Counted from the first letter of the stretch, positions 31,783 through 40,850 are shown. The stretch is DNA of 64,000 nt from an uncultured delta proteobacterium (GCA_963769935.1 CAVYNY010000010.1:416001-480000), one strand, 5' to 3'. Program-made: numbers and translations. The notes: generated from the letters alone by a model not told the origin.

Positions 31783-32247
31783 ATGGATGCTTTAGACCGT
31801 AAAATACTGGGCGCCCTGCAACAGGATGCAAGAGTTAGAAACGCGGACCTGGCACGCAAGCTGGGCGTGGCCCCGTCCACCATGCTGGAACGGATACGGC
31901 GACTTGAAGAACGCGGATTTTTCAGTGGATTCAAGGCGGTCGTCAATCCCGAAAAGCTGGGGTTTGATGTGCAGGCCCTGGTCTCCGTCTCTTTGGGACA
32001 GCACTCTACCGCAACGATCCGACCTTTTGAACAGGCGGTCAAATCCATCCCCAATATCCTGGTCTGCTATCATGTCACCGGTCGTTTCGACTACATTTTG
32101 CACCTGGTTGCCAAAAATCTCAAGGATCTGGGAATACTCGTCAAAGAACGCATCGCATCCATGCCGGGCGTGGGAAAAACCGAAACCTTTTTGGTCTTTT
32201 CCGAAATAAAAAACGACAATGGTTACCCATTGGAACAGGCGGATTAA
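31783..32247 (+). CDS. Lrp/AsnC family transcriptional regulator
   Basis: MDALDRKILGALQQDAR..ADLARKLG...RIRRLEE; VTGRFDYIL; GVGKTET. Confidence 0.95.
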   Translation: MDALDRKILGALQQDARVRNADLARKLGVAPSTMLERIRRLEERGFFSGFKAVVNPEKLGFDVQALVSVSLGQHSTATIRPFEQAVKSIPNILVCYHVTGRFDYILHLVAKNLKDLGILVKERIASMPGVGKTETFLVFSEIKNDNGYPLEQAD

Positions 32248-32262
32248 GGAAGGAGCGGAATC

Positions 32263-33528
32263 ATGAACGACCTAAGACAGCAATTGAAGATACCGGAAAA
32301 CCGGCTCAACGAAATAAACGACCTATTAACCGATCCCAAAAACGAAACGATCAGCCGGATAATTGAAATCGTTGAAAAGTACGGCGGCCCCGCAGAGATT
32401 AACCGCAAGGCCGCCGAGGCCAGAAAATTTGACAACCTGATGGCCCGCTTAAAAAAGATCAATTCGCCGTATGTCGCCGATCTCGATTGGCTGGCAGCGC
32501 AGCGCGATAAAAATGCTTTTGTCAGCATGGCCGAATACTATGATCGTGTTTTGGGCGAGAAAGACGCCGGATCTGAGATCAACCGCGAGAATGCGGTGAC
32601 CCTGGAGATCAGCGCGCTGCAGTTTTTTCCGTGGCTCATTGCCGAGGCCAAGCAGGCCATTCAAAAAAAAGAATTGATGCCCTGCCGCTATATCCGGGTC
32701 CGCAACATGCAGGAGCAGGCCGGAGACAACGGGGACATTCTGGCCACAGCCGCCGCAGTTCAGATTGTAGGCGCCACCTATGTCGAAACCCTGGACACCA
32801 AAGGCACCGACGGTTCCAACATTCATCTTTGCGGTCCGGAAACCATTACCGGCTATTTCGGCGGCATCGGTCAGCCGAATGATCACCCCTACAAATGGGT
32901 GGATGAATACCTGTACTATTACACCACCTACGGCGTGCGCCAGGTGCTGAACATCAATGCCGGCACCATTCTGGCAGGCTACCTGCTGCACAAACTGGGG
33001 GTGGATAACGAATTCAAGATTTCGGTGTTTATGGGCAATGACAATCCCCTGGCCATCCTGTGGACCCTGATGGCCGCCCGCCTGTTTGCCCGCGATGACG
33101 GCACCACATCACTGATCGGCTTTAATCTGTCCAACTCGGCCAACAACTGGACGATCCGCCAGTCCGCTCAAATCCGCAAGGCTTTGGGTCTGGAAAAGGT
33201 GGTGCGCTTCGAACACCACATCACGGAAACCCAGAAATCGATTGTCCGCCAGCCATACAACCGGCGCGAAGAACTGGTTGAAATCGCCCGCGAAGTCGCC
33301 AACATCGCCGCCAAGCACGAAGGCGGTGATCCGGATATCGACTGCTGCCGTGAGCACCCCAGTGATATTCTGGACTACTTTATGCCCAAAGAAGAGATTA
33401 TTTCCAAGGGCCTGATGGATGCCATGCTGCTCAACTACCTGGATAAACACGATGCGGTCAACCGCACCGCCGCGGCCCTGATCAAGGCCGGCGTTGGTGC
33501 TGTCGGCGCCTGGCATCTTCATAAGTAA
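32263..33528 (+). CDS. Uncharacterised 421-aa soluble protein, probably an enzyme
   Basis: Strong AAGGAAGGAG RBS, host-like codon usage, 15 bp after lrp; no motif recognised. Confidence 0.8.
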   Translation: MNDLRQQLKIPENRLNEINDLLTDPKNETISRIIEIVEKYGGPAEINRKAAEARKFDNLMARLKKINSPYVADLDWLAAQRDKNAFVSMAEYYDRVLGEKDAGSEINRENAVTLEISALQFFPWLIAEAKQAIQKKELMPCRYIRVRNMQEQAGDNGDILATAAAVQIVGATYVETLDTKGTDGSNIHLCGPETITGYFGGIGQPNDHPYKWVDEYLYYYTTYGVRQVLNINAGTILAGYLLHKLGVDNEFKISVFMGNDNPLAILWTLMAARLFARDDGTTSLIGFNLSNSANNWTIRQSAQIRKALGLEKVVRFEHHITETQKSIVRQPYNRREELVEIAREVANIAAKHEGGDPDIDCCREHPSDILDYFMPKEEIISKGLMDAMLLNYLDKHDAVNRTAAALIKAGVGAVGAWHLHK

Positions 33529-33675
33529 AGAATCCTGGCCAAGAGGACAAGGCTCTATGATTGAACAAACTGAGGCTGAGTCGACGTCCGACCCTTCTTC
33601 CCGAGGGATATAGGGAAAACCGGCATACCAAAGGGTCACTCAAAATAACTTCGCATTTTATACGCCGATGCATCC

Positions 33676-33749
33676 CGCCCGGCTGCGTTGCGAAAGCTCG
33701 GAATCCGCCGCGGCGGATTCCTGCGTTTTCGCGCCTTGCCGTCCGGGCG
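33676..33749. repeat. Long hairpin / REP- or ERIC-like miniature element
   Basis: Perfect 22-bp palindrome GGAATCCGCCGCGGCGGATTCC (33700..33721) nested in GCGAAA/TTTCGC and CGCCCGG/CCGGGCG arms. Confidence 0.7.
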
Positions 33750-33892
33750 TCTCGACGCCTAGAGCTTTGAATTAATTTCGTAAATCCTAACCTGCCAATT
33801 ATATTGACATATCGCTGCAGTTGTTGTATCTGCATCATGAATAACCGACCGCATCAATATTTATCCATGCCTGGAAGTTTTATGGTGATGTC

Positions 33893-34237
33893 ATGATTCG
33901 CTATCAGCATAAAGAAATTGAGGCGATCCTGAAACTTTTCGAAAAGGAGCTGTCGTCATTAAATCGCCTTAGCAAAGTTGAAAAGATGAAAATAAGAAAA
34001 AGAGTCGCGAATTCAATTTTGCCGGCTTTAACCCTGAGCAATTCTGAACCGGATATTTTCCTCAACATTGTTGAAAACAAATTAAAAGACGTGTTTGATC
34101 TTTTTTTCGATGCCTGGGGATTCCGGGAGAGACTGCACACCCTGCTGGATAGAATTAATAAAAACAAACGCGAGCACAAAAAACGGCAGCAAGTTGTCGG
34201 GACGAGTCCTCAGCTGTCGGACCAAATCAAGCAGTAA
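33893..34237 (+). CDS. Hypothetical protein
   Basis: 114-aa ORF with TTGACA about 85 bp upstream. Confidence 0.55.
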   Translation: MIRYQHKEIEAILKLFEKELSSLNRLSKVEKMKIRKRVANSILPALTLSNSEPDIFLNIVENKLKDVFDLFFDAWGFRERLHTLLDRINKNKREHKKRQQVVGTSPQLSDQIKQ

Positions 34238-34706
34238 CTTTATAAATCAGATAAAACTGCCATAGGACCACCGAAACTAGCGCGGCAATGATGACATAGA
34301 ATAAAGAGCGGGTGTAAATCTTAATTGCCCGCAAAAAAATATTTTGACATATTAGCAGAAGAAATACAGCCAGGCACGTCATCAGGTATTTGACTGCCAG
34401 AAACGCATAGGGGCCGATTTTCAGGTAATAGGCCATTACCGGATTGATTTCAACAGCGCCATGACTCGTTAATAGGAGCGTCAACAGTGCATCTGTCACG
34501 CTCAAGAACAGTATTATAAGGATCGCCCCGAAAAGGGATTGGCTGTATCGGTCGACACAGAAAAGACCATTCTTATCTTCCTGGCGGCGGATGTTTTCCC
34601 GCCTTCCGCCTCTTAAAAAAGAGCGCATACTAAGCGTACCGGTTTTGCGCCGGTCTTTACGCGAACGCCTCTCGATGATTCCTGATTCTTGAGAAGAGCT
34701 TTTCAT
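34227..34706 (-). CDS. DUF5658-like membrane protein with Arg-rich (ERR/DRR) N-terminus
   Basis: LSVTDALLTLLL..GAVEINPVMAYYL...K signature; N-terminal ERRSRKDRRK. Confidence 0.75.
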   Translation of the reverse strand: MKSSSQESGIIERRSRKDRRKTGTLSMRSFLRGGRRENIRRQEDKNGLFCVDRYSQSLFGAILIILFLSVTDALLTLLLTSHGAVEINPVMAYYLKIGPYAFLAVKYLMTCLAVFLLLICQNIFLRAIKIYTRSLFYVIIAALVSVVLWQFYLIYKVTA

Positions 34707-34817
34707 TTTAATGATCACCTCAATCCGGCACCGCAATTTAGAGTCGACTGCCAAGGCAGATATGTTGCCGCTTCAATTTCGGTGCTTTCGCAGACGGCAC
34801 CAATTATCGGCTTACGG

Positions 34818-34970
34818 CTATTCAAGTGAATCCAAGTGTTCTACTACCGTAATCTTCTCGTTTTTAGAAACCTTGATTTCATTAGAAACGGAAAGAAGAT
34901 AAACGGCGGCCCCAAAAAAGCAGGAAGCGGCAGCCAGGCCGGCAATAGCTATCAATATATTATCTGTCAC
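34818..34970 (-). CDS. 50-aa single-TM micro-protein (not in ORF track)
   Basis: GTG start after GGGGGG RBS: MTDNILIAIAGLAAASCFFGAAVYLLSVSNEIKV...; paralog at 37559. Confidence 0.6.
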   Translation of the reverse strand: MTDNILIAIAGLAAASCFFGAAVYLLSVSNEIKVSKNEKITVVEHLDSLE

Positions 34971-35063
34971 TTTACCCCCCTTTTCGGCGCTTGTCGATAT
35001 TGATTAAGTGGTTGCATTTTTCTGTTATGAATGATCTTAAATTAAAATAGACTAATTGGAAGA

Positions 35064-35855
35064 TCATTTCCTGGATGCATCTGAAGAGATAATTTTTCTT
35101 CTTTTGCTGCCGCGGCGATCTGAACCGGTCCGGCGATCCAAATCGCACCGGCGCTCCCGACCGGATCTTCTTTCAAAGCTCACGCCAACACCCCGCAGGC
35201 CAATCCTTACGATCCACCCTTTTACCAGGACATCCTTGCCGGCTTTGCCCCCCGGAACGACAAGTTGAATGCTCTCGCCCAGAGAAAATTTTGCATCGGT
35301 TTCTATCAAAGCCCCTCCGCGGCTGATGTTGGCAACCAAACCTGAAAATTTAAGTCTTTTACAAATAAAATAAAGCGGCCTGTTGTATACTCGGCGGTTG
35401 TATTTTCGGGAGTCTTTCTCACCGACAAACTCGCTTTCCGCCGGCGTCTGCTCCTCTAGTTTTACGACTTCAGGACTTTCCAGAAATGAGTCGGAGGAAT
35501 TTAAGAACTTGCCGCCATATCCGTACTGGTAAGGCGAATCTTTCAATTCCTGCTGCCATTTAATTTTAACCTCGAAAAGAAGCTGGGTATCATGGTCGCC
35601 AGATTCGGTGCGGGTTGCCAGGCCGATAAACACTTCCTCATCGGGATAGATAGGTTCATCGGACTCAAAATACAAACCGCCTTTGCTGAAATTAAACATT
35701 TTGCCGGGATGAATAATGTCATTCGATGAAACATCATGCGAAATAAAAGCTTCATATTTGAAGCGTTTATCATATCGGCGTTCATTGTTTGACTTCAAAA
35801 TTTGTCTCTTGGCAGTGTTGATGCACAAAGCCGTGCGGAAAAACAATTGCGCCAT
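35064..35855 (-). CDS. Tandem PilZ-domain protein with C-terminal ERR/DRR repeats
   Basis: ERRYDKR...NFSKGG and SRKYNR...NISRGG (RxxxR, N/DxSxxG); true start uncertain. Confidence 0.85.
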   Translation of the reverse strand: MAQLFFRTALCINTAKRQILKSNNERRYDKRFKYEAFISHDVSSNDIIHPGKMFNFSKGGLYFESDEPIYPDEEVFIGLATRTESGDHDTQLLFEVKIKWQQELKDSPYQYGYGGKFLNSSDSFLESPEVVKLEEQTPAESEFVGEKDSRKYNRRVYNRPLYFICKRLKFSGLVANISRGGALIETDAKFSLGESIQLVVPGGKAGKDVLVKGWIVRIGLRGVGVSFERRSGRERRCDLDRRTGSDRRGSKRRKIISSDASRK

Positions 35856-35944
35856 CGTCCCGATCTGCGGTCCGGCAAGTTATTGATAGTTTGCTGACAA
35901 TTGCTTTGCATGGCATAGTTTCTGGTAAAGATTGAATTGCGCAT

Positions 35945-36250
35945 TTAAAATTTAAATGGTCGATTTCCGGGCATCTTTGGTCTACTTAACGATGCCGGAA
36001 GTTCTTGTCTTCTGAGAATGACTTCAAATTTTCTGCCGGCCTGTTCAATCACCCCTCTCCGGGATTTTTTTTTGCTGCTTTCATCAAGCTCGGAATTTGC
36101 TTCTATCGCTGCCAACTCCTTGCCAATGAAGTTATTCAGGTTGGCAATGTCATTGTATACTTGTTCAATGGCAGCCGCCGACGCCCCTGAAGACTTTTGC
36201 TGAGCGTCTTTTAAAATGCGGCGCGCCTTCGATAGTACATGTTCCAGCAT
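35945..36250 (-). CDS. Hypothetical protein (possibly truncated)
   Basis: 101-aa helical ORF with AAGGGA RBS. Confidence 0.5.
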   Translation of the reverse strand: MLEHVLSKARRILKDAQQKSSGASAAAIEQVYNDIANLNNFIGKELAAIEANSELDESSKKKSRRGVIEQAGRKFEVILRRQELPASLSRPKMPGNRPFKF

Positions 36251-36398
36251 AAACCGTTATTCCCTTTGTGAACGGCTAAGCAAGGCTCTTGCGTGGATTG
36301 ATTTTCCCCCGGATAGATCCGCCCATCAAATTCAACGACAATTAGCCGACCGTTTAGCTCGGGCAATCTGATGGCTGAACCAGATTCATTGTGCCATT

Positions 36399-36415
36399 TG
36401 CAAAAACTATGCAAA
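36399..36415 (-). promoter_or_regulatory. Sigma54-like promoter variant (TG-N10-GC)
   Basis: TTTGCATAGTTTTTGCA on the minus strand. Confidence 0.4.
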
Positions 36416-36877
36416 ATTAACTCGGAAATGATCCTTTAAACGAGCAGCGCTATACTTGTGCGGCCTGGAGCCATAGGGGTTTGGTCCTGATGCCGGACTG
36501 GGTAATTTTGGGCAGGTTTAAAAATATTAAAAAATATCAGTAGTTTTATGACCGAATTTAAACCCGAACCGGCTTGAGCTAAAAACAGGACCAGCTCAGG
36601 CTGGATAATTATAAGGCGGTTTGAAAATATCTGCCGGAATCAGGATGGTAAGAAGAGGATTGGATAAATTCTATTTACCTGTTTACCCAATTTTATCACT
36701 ATGAAGTTTGAATTTCATAAATTTCGGGAGGCGTCTGAAAATTCTTTTTAATATTTAAATTTGGGAAAATTTTTACCCTATAATGGCCAAGGCTTTTCCC
36801 AATCTCTTAATTTGCCGCTCGAGCACCGCTGATTGTAACTAACTGAAATCTATTTAGATATATCATAATAAAATTAA

Positions 36878-36894
36878 TTGGCACTTTTTTTGCT
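36878..36894 (+). promoter_or_regulatory. Sigma54 (-24/-12) promoter
   Basis: TTGGCACTTTTTTTGCT with exact GG-N10-GC; IHF-like site at 36836..36848. Confidence 0.75.
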
Positions 36895-37008
36895 GCAATC
36901 TACTTATTTTTAAAGGGAGAACGAAAATGGAATGATAGATACAGCAGCTGCGATATGGCCCGGCACGGCCTTGATTCATATAATTTCATACCGGAAGGGG
37001 GAAAGTAA

Positions 37009-37323
37009 TTGTCAATACAAATTGCGGACAAAGCCAGGATATATGAGAAAAGATTTAATCCAAGATCACCTTATTCAGGCCACATATTCTTTGCCACCAA
37101 AGACCGGTTATACGAGGGGAAATTAATAAATTTTAGTCGGTACGGTCTTTTTATTAAGACAACCGAGCCGCCGGATTTAGAAGCGATACTTACGATTGCA
37201 CTGCCATTTTCAGATGGTCGGCAGTGCAAATGCAAAGGTCAGATAGTTTGGCGCAACGATGAGGGAATTGGGGTCGAAATATTTAAAAAACGCACTTTGC
37301 TCAACCTAAGGATCATAAAATAA
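37009..37323 (+). CDS. Stand-alone PilZ-domain protein
   Basis: EKRFNPR, NFSRYG, GQIVW...GIGVE. Confidence 0.85.
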   Translation: MSIQIADKARIYEKRFNPRSPYSGHIFFATKDRLYEGKLINFSRYGLFIKTTEPPDLEAILTIALPFSDGRQCKCKGQIVWRNDEGIGVEIFKKRTLLNLRIIK

Positions 37324-37328
37324 TCAGG

Positions 37329-37535
37329 TTGTATCTTCATCATTGCAATTTGAAGGAAAAGCAATTTCAGGAGACGGCCAATCCACGCTATTTATGGCTT
37401 GGCGATAGACAATTACAAGCCTTCGCCGTTTTAGAACACGGGATTCAAACGAGAAAAGGCCTCACCCTGCTTACCGGCGATGTGGGCACGGGGAAAACAG
37501 TTCTTCTCAAATCTGACGGGTTTTTTAACAGGTAA
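37329..37535 (+). pseudogene. N-terminal fragment of an ExeA/GspA-type AAA ATPase
   Basis: MYLHHCNLKEKQF...PRYLWLG...GLTLLTGDVGTGKT (Walker A), then stops. Confidence 0.75.
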
Positions 37536-37558
37536 AACAAAATATACGGGGGTGAATA

Positions 37559-37678
37559 ATGGGCACCATCCTTCTGTTCATAGCCGGAATCGCTGCCTTG
37601 TCCACTTTATTGGCGATTATGATTTATCTGCTATCCCTTTCGCGCGAGGTTCAGCTGCCGGACATTGATGAAGTCTGA
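37559..37678 (+). CDS. 39-aa single-TM micro-protein (not in ORF track)
   Basis: GGGGGTG RBS; MGTILLFIAGIAALSTLLAIMIYLLSLSREVQLPDIDEV*; paralog at 34818..34970. Confidence 0.6.
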   Translation: MGTILLFIAGIAALSTLLAIMIYLLSLSREVQLPDIDEV

Positions 37679-37731
37679 AAATTCCGGATGGCGGCTTCTT
37701 CGGTTTTGATTTCACCATTGCAGGGAACCCC

Positions 37732-38283
37732 ATGACCATCTCTTCCAAGATGAAAAAAACTGTTTTATTTACCCTCCTGATGATTTTTTATACCCAGCTT
37801 CAGGCCTTTTCCCAGCAAGAACTTGACGGCAAGCTGCTGTTAGAGCGATTCAAGGAAGTGCAAAGCCAAATTATGGATGCACGCATAAGGCTAGGTGAAG
37901 CACTTATTCAACATTTAGATCATCAGGGCGACTATGTACAGGCCGAGAGGATGAAAGGCATTTACAGACTTGCCACTGATTATCAGACATTTTGCGAAGG
38001 TGAGCAAAGAGCTTTTTTTATGTATATTTACATCAAAGAAGGCGTGAAAGTCTATATTTCCGCCTATTCACGAGATTTGCTGCAAAAAAAGAAAAAAGAA
38101 TCGGATGCGTCTTTGCAAAATCTTGCGAATTATTCTGCCGACATAAAAGACAAGAATACCCTGCTTATTATCACCAGCCTCCAAAGCCGTATTGCAGAAG
38201 GCCAGGACTTAATGAACCAACTGATTGAATTTTACTCTTCGGAAAATGCTAAATATAAGAAAGAACCAAGTACTGCTGATTAA
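37732..38283 (+). CDS. Hypothetical secreted helical protein
   Basis: Signal-peptide-like MKKTVLFTLLMIFYTQLQA; 183-aa ORF. Confidence 0.65.
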   Translation: MTISSKMKKTVLFTLLMIFYTQLQAFSQQELDGKLLLERFKEVQSQIMDARIRLGEALIQHLDHQGDYVQAERMKGIYRLATDYQTFCEGEQRAFFMYIYIKEGVKVYISAYSRDLLQKKKKESDASLQNLANYSADIKDKNTLLIITSLQSRIAEGQDLMNQLIEFYSSENAKYKKEPSTAD

Positions 38284-38326
38284 AATCCAAATCCGAGGCT
38301 TGGTTTGGAAAAATTGGAGATGGAAG

Positions 38327-38542
38327 ATGTACACAATGCCCCTGTATGAGGTCAGATGTCATGAAAAGCGAGAATGGAAAGAGATCTCCGATGTTGAACT
38401 GATGGATCGCTTATACAAGTTCTACAACAAAGTTACCCCGGCAATCAAGGAAATGATCGAGGGCAAAGAATTTCAAACCCCGGATGCCGTATATCGGATC
38501 AAGTTGAAAGGAGGAGAACATTCCAAGGCGAAGGCAGCTTAA
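38327..38542 (+). CDS. Small hypothetical protein
   Basis: GGAGA RBS before ATG 38327; 71 aa. Confidence 0.55.
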   Translation: MYTMPLYEVRCHEKREWKEISDVELMDRLYKFYNKVTPAIKEMIEGKEFQTPDAVYRIKLKGGEHSKAKAA

Positions 38543-38547
38543 ATAAA

Positions 38548-38590
38548 TATGTGAAAAATAATTCACAATTATGTGAAAAATAATTCACAA
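38548..38590. promoter_or_regulatory. Tandem 22-bp repeat, each copy with palindromic TGTGAA-N6-TTCACA (probable activator UAS)
   Basis: TATGTGAAAAATAATTCACAA occurs twice with a 22-bp period. Confidence 0.65.
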
Positions 38591-38660
38591 CCGAACTGCA
38601 CGATATTTCATCCGACAATATAACTATTTAAAATTGTAGTCTTTATTTTCAGACACCAAC

Positions 38661-38677
38661 TTTGCATGTTTTTTGCA
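38661..38677 (+). promoter_or_regulatory. Sigma54-like promoter variant (TG-N10-GC)
   Basis: TTTGCATGTTTTTTGCA; IHF-like TAACTATTTAAAA at 38621; tandem UAS upstream. Confidence 0.5.
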
Positions 38678-38739
38678 CAAGCAAATCTGGGAAACTCGCA
38701 TAAGGTAAAAAAGCAACTCAGAACACGGAGGGGGAATCA

Positions 38740-39042
38740 ATGGCGCAAGGCTTGAACGCAGTTAAGTGCTTATTTATAAGACGCTTAAAAGATAAAGGCA
38801 TTGAAGAATGTTTAATTCCAGGATTTCTCAGAATATTGGCCAATTCCCTCATCGGTTACCCCGATACAAACCTCTTTCTGATAAATAAAAAGTTGGGATA
38901 CCTGGGATGGCCGGATTTTGAGTTGGATGAACACACGTTCCAGTTGGCCCTGGCGTGTTTTGAAGATGATGCGGCGGATATATCCAAACACCTGCCGGCG
39001 GAATGGTTCTCCAACAATTATGGCTTGGGCGTCGCAAAATAA
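38740..39042 (+). CDS. Hypothetical protein
   Basis: GGAGGGGG RBS; 100 aa. Confidence 0.7.
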   Translation: MAQGLNAVKCLFIRRLKDKGIEECLIPGFLRILANSLIGYPDTNLFLINKKLGYLGWPDFELDEHTFQLALACFEDDAADISKHLPAEWFSNNYGLGVAK

Positions 39043-39054
39043 TAAGGATGAAAT

Positions 39055-39363
39055 ATGAATAAATCCAAACTGATTCGGCTGCTAAATGAAACCTGCGGGA
39101 TCGATCTATCCGACGAGGATGAGTTCTGCATTGAGGGAATACAGGTAAAATTAAATGAAAGCCGGAAACTTAAAAACGTTATGACCTCCGCCACGGCCCT
39201 GGAAAAAAGGAAAGTCAAATTTGACAGAGCTGTTGACGATCTACTGCTCGATTTTCTGGGTACAAAACTAGACTTGTATATAAAGCTCACGGAACCAAAG
39301 ATTAATATGATTTTCAAATCAAAATGGTTTGAAAAATACCGGAGGCAGACGGTTTTTGCTTAA
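39055..39363 (+). CDS. Small protein resembling the extreme C-terminal helical domain of type I restriction subunit HsdR
   Basis: LIRLLNETCGIDLSDED...KFDRAVDDLLLDF...DLYIKLTE...WFEKY pattern (recalled similarity). Confidence 0.5.
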   Translation: MNKSKLIRLLNETCGIDLSDEDEFCIEGIQVKLNESRKLKNVMTSATALEKRKVKFDRAVDDLLLDFLGTKLDLYIKLTEPKINMIFKSKWFEKYRRQTVFA

Positions 39364-39498
39364 TTATCCTGCTGGAAAAATTCCAGCCCTTTTCGTTTAA
39401 AGTCTAATTTATACCAAAAGCAATAATCAAATTATATTTCCCCCGCAGATGCTCTCCTTTACCAACCTATGCCTGAGGCATATAGATTGCTCCGGCAA

Positions 39499-39843
39499 CT
39501 AGACCAGACCGGCCTCGGTAAGAATTCCAAATGCCTTGACAGTGGCATCAATTGCTTTGGCGGCATTTTCCACCCAATCGGCTACCTCTTCAAGTTGTTC
39601 AATTTTGCTTTTGATTCTTTTATTTATAGACTTTAATGCCTTGGATTTCTCTTTGAGCACTTCTATGCTGTCCTTCAATTCATTTAATAGTACCAAATTG
39701 TCAATTTCCCTCAGCACATCGGAAAGGTCATCCAGAATTTTGCGCTGTTGAAGTGTTAGTCCCGGCTCATCAAGAGTGTTGGTTACGTTCGTTTCAGCTT
39801 CGCGTATTATCTTTAAAATTGAAACTTTCTCTGTGTTTGCCAC
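39499..39843 (-). CDS. Hypothetical coiled-coil protein
   Basis: 114-aa ORF, GTG start, AAAGGA upstream, co-oriented with the lipoprotein gene. Confidence 0.65.
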   Translation of the reverse strand: MANTEKVSILKIIREAETNVTNTLDEPGLTLQQRKILDDLSDVLREIDNLVLLNELKDSIEVLKEKSKALKSINKRIKSKIEQLEEVADWVENAAKAIDATVKAFGILTEAGLV

Positions 39844-39887
39844 GTTTTTAAATTCCTTTCGTTAGAAGAATCTCCCTTGCTGAGTAG

Positions 39888-40850
39888 CTATTTGGCTAGG
39901 TCCTTTTTGACTTTATTTGCAGCGTTAACTTCATTTGACAGTGCTTCAATTTGTTGCATAGCCTCTTTCAAGGTTTTTCGAACACGCGTCTTTTCAACCA
40001 GATCATTGTGAGCCTTTTTATAAGTTTCAGCCGCCATTGCAATCTGATCAGATAGGATTAGCAATTGACGTGACATATAGACATTATCGTAGACGAATGA
40101 AACCGTAGATATATTGACCTTTTTGTTATTATTCGCCACTGATTTGAAATCTTTCCCGATGTAGTTCATTTCATAATTAACCAGCGCCGGCTTTATTTTT
40201 TCCGATGCAATTGTTTGAACTTCATCCATAAGATCGATAATCAATGGGTTTGCTTCCTTAATTGTAGTTTTAAGAATAGAGGCTTGCTTGACTCGGGTAT
40301 AAATGCCTCCGGCCGACCGTATCCCCATAGCAATTAAACCTCCAACTTTATCCATAGGATCATCATTTCTGTATTTCCGATTATATTTGTCGGTAGCTTC
40401 ATCCAATGATTTTCCAAGCTTTATGGCATTGTTGCTTAGAGCAGCGGCATAATCATCAGAAACAAGTAGGGTCAGAAGATCAGAATAAGTCTGCAGGACA
40501 GACAATGCCGCATCCATTTGTTTACCGGCAGACGCAAATTCCGTTTCATCCTTGTAAGCCGACTGAATTTTTTCCCAGGCATTGTTGGCTGCGGATGTGT
40601 CAATCCTTCCTTGCTTGTCTGATTGACCGAATTCTTCACGAGTTATACTTAGCAACTTGCTATTTCTTACCAGGACACCGTAAGACTGAGCAAGTGTTCC
40701 GGGCAATTCGCTATAATTTTGACTTGCTTCGGCAAACCTTTTAACTTCCTTTACCTGTGAAGTGGTCAATACTGCACAGCCGTTTGCCATGAATAGGATT
40801 AATATAAGGCCTACAGACAAATAGATAGTCCGCAGCTTGTATAACTTCAT
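39888..40850 (-). CDS. Putative lipoprotein (all-helical)
   Basis: Lipobox MANG|C after a hydrophobic stretch; GGGAGA RBS. Confidence 0.75.
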   Translation of the reverse strand: MKLYKLRTIYLSVGLILILFMANGCAVLTTSQVKEVKRFAEASQNYSELPGTLAQSYGVLVRNSKLLSITREEFGQSDKQGRIDTSAANNAWEKIQSAYKDETEFASAGKQMDAALSVLQTYSDLLTLLVSDDYAAALSNNAIKLGKSLDEATDKYNRKYRNDDPMDKVGGLIAMGIRSAGGIYTRVKQASILKTTIKEANPLIIDLMDEVQTIASEKIKPALVNYEMNYIGKDFKSVANNNKKVNISTVSFVYDNVYMSRQLLILSDQIAMAAETYKKAHNDLVEKTRVRKTLKEAMQQIEALSNEVNAANKVKKDLAK

